The notes below the pieces were generated by a model. It saw only the letters and a list, made by a program, of their open reading frames with translations. It was not told the DNA's origin and searched no databases. This document shows positions 59,692-64,000 of a stretch of DNA of 64,000 bases, in pieces. The stretch's first letter is position 1. Each line of letters starts with the position of its first letter. The translations under genes were made by a program, and so were the position numbers. Origin of the DNA: Candidatus Omnitrophota bacterium (GTDB lineage Bacteria > Omnitrophota > Gorgyraeia > Zapsychrales > Zapsychraceae); contig JADFYJ010000010.1 of NCBI GenBank assembly GCA_015233115.1, positions 5,083 to 69,082 of the forward strand, read 5' to 3'.

Positions 59692-61179
59692 TTAAAAATA
59701 CAAATCCCTTTCTCCCCGGGAAATTCGTTCATAATATCGCATAAAATGCGGATACGAATTCGGCGCCGTATTCCGAATCTCATTAATCTCTTTTTCTAAA
59801 AGTCCTTTAGCCAGCTCTTGAGTTTTAGCACTGCCAAAATCATCAACCCATTCGCGAAAGGTCAGCACAGCATTGAGTTTACAAAATTTCCCTTCTTTGC
59901 CAGAACGCAAAAGATCCATGATACATTTTCCCGTTCTGTTGCAACGGTAGCCAGCTGTACAAAAAGACGTGATATGTCCGAGACGGGTAAATTCCTGGAT
60001 CACTTCATCCAGACTACGGGTATCCCCCAACATAAATTGCTGACGGCGGCCTTCCTGGGTCATACTGCCGTCGCTGTAAGCGCCAAGGCCAATCTTGGTG
60101 GACGCATCCGTCTGCGTAATACCTAATTCAATTGATGCGCGTTTGAGTTCAGGGGTTTCGCGGCTAGTAATGATCATGCCGGCATGAGGCACCGCCAGTC
60201 TTAATACCATCATTATTTTTTTAAATTCTTCGTCGGAAACTTTGTGTTTTGACTGATGGGTAAACGGAACATTTTCCGCCGGTTCAAGCCGCGGAAAAGA
60301 AATAGTATGCGCGCCAATGCCGAATTTTTTTTCCAATTCGATATTATGCGCAACCAAACCTAATACTTCGTATCTCCAGTCATACAGCCCAAAAAGTGCG
60401 CCAATACCCACATCATCAATTCCAGCTTCGAGTGCCCGGTGCATAGCATAAAGCCGCCACAGATAATTCGCTTTAATGGTGTTTTTCGGGTGGAGGGATT
60501 GGTACGTCGGATGGTGATATGTTTCTTGAAACACTTGATAGGTCCCAATACCAGCATGGCCTAAAATTTTCAAGTCATCCACACAAAGGGGCGCGGCATT
60601 GACATTAACCCGCCGGATCTGTCCATACCCTACTCTGGCTTTAACGCGCACATCGTATATTGTACGGATAGTATCGGCCATATAATGCACATCATTGTCC
60701 GGATGTTCGCCGTAAACCACGATCAGCCGTTTATGCCCTATCTGACCCGCCAGTACTTTGGTTTCCTCCGTTACCTCATCCAGCGTTAAGGTTTTACGCT
60801 GAGTTTTAATATTCGAACAGCGAAAACCGCAATAGACACAATCATTAACGCAGGCATTACTCAAATAAAGCGGCGCGAACGTGACAATACGGTTATCGTA
60901 AACTTTCTTTTTTACCGCCAGAGCGGTTTCTTTCATTTTTTCAAGCAAGTACGAATCTGTCACCCGCATCAGCAGAGCTGTTTCTTCCAACGTAAGAGTC
61001 TCAACATCCAAAGATTTTTGTAGGATGTCTAGTATTATTCTTTTATCAGGAATTTTTGTGAAGCAAAGAGCGGCATCCATCCGTTCCTCATCAATAAAAG
61101 ATTTTCCGCGAGTCAGATACTTTTCAATTTCATCTTCATTAATCCGGGTTTGAGCCCAAGATTTTGTCATGATATCCAT
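59692..61179 (-). CDS. hydG: [FeFe]-hydrogenase-type radical SAM maturase HydG (CO/CN synthase)
   Basis: NRIVTFAPLYLSNACVNDCVYCGF, RRVNVN, FQETYH, IDDVGIGALFGL, HTISFPR, and a C-terminal SFCTAGYRC-x19-C cluster domain that ThiH lacks. Confidence 0.92.
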   Translation of the reverse strand: MDIMTKSWAQTRINEDEIEKYLTRGKSFIDEERMDAALCFTKIPDKRIILDILQKSLDVETLTLEETALLMRVTDSYLLEKMKETALAVKKKVYDNRIVTFAPLYLSNACVNDCVYCGFRCSNIKTQRKTLTLDEVTEETKVLAGQIGHKRLIVVYGEHPDNDVHYMADTIRTIYDVRVKARVGYGQIRRVNVNAAPLCVDDLKILGHAGIGTYQVFQETYHHPTYQSLHPKNTIKANYLWRLYAMHRALEAGIDDVGIGALFGLYDWRYEVLGLVAHNIELEKKFGIGAHTISFPRLEPAENVPFTHQSKHKVSDEEFKKIMMVLRLAVPHAGMIITSRETPELKRASIELGITQTDASTKIGLGAYSDGSMTQEGRRQQFMLGDTRSLDEVIQEFTRLGHITSFCTAGYRCNRTGKCIMDLLRSGKEGKFCKLNAVLTFREWVDDFGSAKTQELAKGLLEKEINEIRNTAPNSYPHFMRYYERISRGERDLYF

Positions 61180-62525
61180 TAAAGTGCTCCTTCCGTTATA
61201 GACTGTTCCATCAGAAAAATTTTTTCACTCACTCCCAAATCGGTAGGCGCTCGTCCCAAAGAGCGGAGTAAGGCGAGAATATCCTGAATTTGACTGTTGA
61301 TCGATTCAGAGACATGAGCCCGGTTTGGATAAAGCGAATATAAAGCGCGATATTTAGCCGGCGTCACATTCAACATGACCGAATTAGCTCCGCAAAGCAG
61401 GCCTTCTTTGCGGGCATCAGGATGGAGAGTTTCAAATGCGGTCGTAACTAAAATTTTAGCATTTTCCGGATCAAGGATCCTTGCGATTGCCAAAACCTTA
61501 AATATTTTATCCTTATCCCACGGTAGATACCCGGCAATCGGCGTATTAGGGTGAGGCAAAAATGGTCCAAACGAAAACATCTCAGCGTTTAACTCTTTTG
61601 CCAGAAAAATATCATTGAAAACATCATCGGGTGTTTGACCTGGGATTCCAACTAAGGCTCCGGTCATAATCAAATACCCTAGTTCCCCTGCCCTCTTCAG
61701 GTGGGCGATCCGGGTGTCCAAATTACGGCCGGGATGAAGACGGCTATATACCAATGGATTCGAGGTTTCAAAACGCATCAACATAGCCCGGGCGCCCGCA
61801 TCGTATACGGTTTTCAATCCATCAAAACCAATTTCCCCAAAACTAATCGCGATCAGCACTCCAGCTTGTTTTTTTATTTCTCTTATAATTTTGGCTATTT
61901 TATCCGGGGAGAAGAAAGAGTCTTCTCCGCTCTGCAAAACCAAAGCTTTAAATCCGTAATCTTTGATGGCGGAAAGGGCAGTATCAACAATTTCCTGCTC
62001 ACTCATCCGATAGCGCTTGATTTGTTGATTATGGGAAGAAATACCGCAATAAAAACAATTTTGGGAACAAATATTGGAGATTTCAATAATACCGTGAACA
62101 CAACATGAATTTTTTAAATATTTTTGCCGCAAAAAATTTGCGCATTTATAGATGAAAGCATTAGCCGCTTTTTCTTCAACAGAAAAAAGATAATGCAGGT
62201 CTGAACGCGATAAAGAACTTCGCTCTAAAGCTCGGTCTAAAATACGGGAAAGTTTAGTATCATGATATCCTTCCTCAAAATAAAGTTTGGAAAGGCGCAC
62301 ATCCACTTCCTGCAATTCAAAAAAGGTTTCTTTCCATAAAGCCAGTACTTCCAAAGCCTGGGCAGGAGCAACCTTTTCAATAACATAGCCGCCTTGCGCG
62401 TAAATATAATCCCCGATGTTCAAATTAATCAAATCATTAATGGCCCTCTTTTCTTCTCCAAAGTAATCGACAACAACTGTCTTATCATTGATCGCCTTTA
62501 CCTGACCAGGAATCGCATAACACAT
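61179..62525 (-). CDS. HypC-HydE fusion: N-terminal HypC/HupF chaperone domain plus HydE-like radical SAM domain
   Basis: First ~70 aa MCYAIPGQV...VVVDYFGEEK...IGDYIYAQGGYVIEKV...A.E.L (HypC). Then IIEISNICSQNCFYCG, RYRM, VLQSGED, RFETSN, GPFLPHPNTP, TTA, GANSVM.N.TP..YR..Y.LYP (HydE). Stop overlaps the hydG ATG. Confidence 0.88.
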   Translation of the reverse strand: MCYAIPGQVKAINDKTVVVDYFGEEKRAINDLINLNIGDYIYAQGGYVIEKVAPAQALEVLALWKETFFELQEVDVRLSKLYFEEGYHDTKLSRILDRALERSSLSRSDLHYLFSVEEKAANAFIYKCANFLRQKYLKNSCCVHGIIEISNICSQNCFYCGISSHNQQIKRYRMSEQEIVDTALSAIKDYGFKALVLQSGEDSFFSPDKIAKIIREIKKQAGVLIAISFGEIGFDGLKTVYDAGARAMLMRFETSNPLVYSRLHPGRNLDTRIAHLKRAGELGYLIMTGALVGIPGQTPDDVFNDIFLAKELNAEMFSFGPFLPHPNTPIAGYLPWDKDKIFKVLAIARILDPENAKILVTTAFETLHPDARKEGLLCGANSVMLNVTPAKYRALYSLYPNRAHVSESINSQIQDILALLRSLGRAPTDLGVSEKIFLMEQSITEGAL

Positions 62526-62574
62526 ATGCCCCCCCTTTAAACAGGATCTCGAAAAATTATGTCTGAATTTATCA

Positions 62575-62620
62575 CAATGAAAATTAATTGAAGATTAAAT
62601 TAAAATTAAAATCCTTTAAT
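62575..62620 (-). promoter_or_regulatory. AT-rich direct-repeat block upstream of the hydrogenase operon (possible response-regulator site)
   Basis: On the minus strand TTTAATTTTAATTTAATCTTCAATTAATTTTCAT, located between the kinase gene and hypC-hydE. Confidence 0.3.
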
Positions 62621-62674
62621 CTTATGGAAATGGTAGAGATTGTTGCGACGGAAACAAATTAAATTAACGCAGAT

Positions 62675-64000
62675 TTATGCTAAGGGGAGAGTGACGGTAA
62701 AAATTGATCCTTTATCCGGTTCGCTCGCCACAGTGATGCTTCCATGATGAGCTTGAACAATTGACTGAGCAATATAAAGACCCAGCCCATAACCTGAAGA
62801 ACGAGAAGGATTTTTTCCTCGATAAAACCGATTAAATATTTTGTCCAGATCTTCTTTTTTAATTCCGACGCCTGAGTCCGTGATGGATACCGCAACTGTG
62901 CTTTTTTCTAAATGAACACCAATCAGTACACGGCCGTTTTCCGGTGAGAATTTTAACGCATTATCAATCAAATTAAAAAATACCCTTCTTAAATGAACCG
63001 CATCGCCTAAAACCAATATTTCCTGCGCAAGAACATCATAAGTCATATCAATATTTTTTTCTTTGGCGAAAAGCCGCATTTGTTCATAAATATCATTCAG
63101 AAAATTCGTTAAATCAATTTCCTGAAAAACTTTGCGGTCAGTGCGGTATTCAATTTTGGCCATCAAAAGAAGATCATCAATAATTTTATTAATCCGGTCC
63201 ACCTCTTCAATGGTTAACTGGATTACCCGTTTATATTCTTCGATATCCCGTTCTTTTCGTAACGTCAGCCCAGCTTCGCCTTTTATAATGGACAAAGGGG
63301 TCTTTAATTCATGCGCCACATGCGAACTGAATTCCGAAATATAAGTAAATGATTCTTCCAGACGCGTGATCATATCATTAAACGCGTCAGCCAGATATTT
63401 CATTTCCGCATCCATCTTATCCGTAGCCACACGCGCTTTAAGATTTTCTTGCGAAATACTACTCGCGGTCACCGCGATCTGCACTACTGGTTTTAAAACC
63501 AGAGCAATAAAAAATCTTCCTACGATGCCTGCGCCGACAAGTATGACAATAATACCGATAGCAAGATATTTCAGCTGATGTTGTAAAATATGCAATACTG
63601 GCCGCCGCGGGCTGACTACCTGCAAAATATAATACTGTCCTCCGGGAACATGAGCGAAAGGGACATTAATAATCCTTACATTGATATTGTCACTTTCAAT
63701 CGTAGCGCTTTCATAAAAAGGACCGTCTAACGCTTTTTTAATGCCTCGGCTTAATAGCGGCCGTAAATTAGGCGGAAGCGGCCGAGACGAAACAATAAGC
63801 TTTTCATTCGCATTATAAAAATTCACATAATCATCATTCAAACTGAATTTATTGGGGCTCTGCAGCCATTTGCTTTCAACTTCCGCGATTTTCGCTTCAG
63901 CCGAATGCCGCGGGCCTAACAGCATAGCCCTGCGCACGGCAAAAACCAAAGTCCCGGAATCACCGCCGAGAATCTGAACATAAGAACTAATCGTCGCTGA
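62675..64000 (-). CDS. HAMP sensor histidine kinase (CusS/CzcS-like), 5' end outside the window
   Basis: TM, HAMP, FSSHVAHELKTPL, NALKF, GYGLGL; the frame stays open to position 64000. Confidence 0.9.
   Translation of the reverse strand, partial: SATISSYVQILGGDSGTLVFAVRRAMLLGPRHSAEAKIAEVESKWLQSPNKFSLNDDYVNFYNANEKLIVSSRPLPPNLRPLLSRGIKKALDGPFYESATIESDNINVRIINVPFAHVPGGQYYILQVVSPRRPVLHILQHQLKYLAIGIIVILVGAGIVGRFFIALVLKPVVQIAVTASSISQENLKARVATDKMDAEMKYLADAFNDMITRLEESFTYISEFSSHVAHELKTPLSIIKGEAGLTLRKERDIEEYKRVIQLTIEEVDRINKIIDDLLLMAKIEYRTDRKVFQEIDLTNFLNDIYEQMRLFAKEKNIDMTYDVLAQEILVLGDAVHLRRVFFNLIDNALKFSPENGRVLIGVHLEKSTVAVSITDSGVGIKKEDLDKIFNRFYRGKNPSRSSGYGLGLYIAQSIVQAHHGSITVASEPDKGSIFTVTLPLA

Noticed and set aside
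59692-62525. Reading the two radical SAM genes as thiH and bioB
   Set aside because: The first has the HydG-specific C-terminal Cys domain and His. The second has HydE motifs (GPFxPHPxTP, YxxY) and a HypC domain. No thi or bio genes are nearby.
1-64000. tRNA, rRNA, integrase, transposase or prophage genes
   Set aside because: None recognised by eye; a tRNAscan/Rfam run would be needed to exclude small RNAs.

Overview
Bacterial window, AT-rich and gene-dense, almost all on the minus strand. It probably comes from a diderm anaerobe or microaerophile, but the lineage cannot be fixed from the sequence. Contents from left to right: antiporter fragment, SEC-C and DUF3800 genes, amino-acid permease, Uup, YgiD, a phosphoesterase-CuA fusion, YihY and VIT1; a five-gene two-component cluster; folM with a truncated folB; a large secreted multicopper oxidase with FN3 repeats; small envelope/stress proteins, GH1 and SOD; and a cyclic beta-1,2-glucan synthase cluster with a B12 radical SAM enzyme, a GT4-phosphatase-EEP fusion and a six-hairpin glycosidase. 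The standout is a tightly coupled [NiFe]-hydrogenase operon (52687-62525). It opens with a HypC-HydE fusion and a full HydG, the radical-SAM maturases of [FeFe]-hydrogenases. Next come a Tat-exported small subunit with four Ig-like repeats, the large subunit, maturation protease, tatA/tatA/tatC, a Ni permease, hypA and hypB. The window has no hypD, hypE, hypF, hydF or hydA. This suggests, as an inference, a hybrid route in which HydG/HydE supply the Fe-CO/CN unit and the fused HypC delivers it to a [NiFe] enzyme. All family calls rest on motif recognition by eye, with no database searches.
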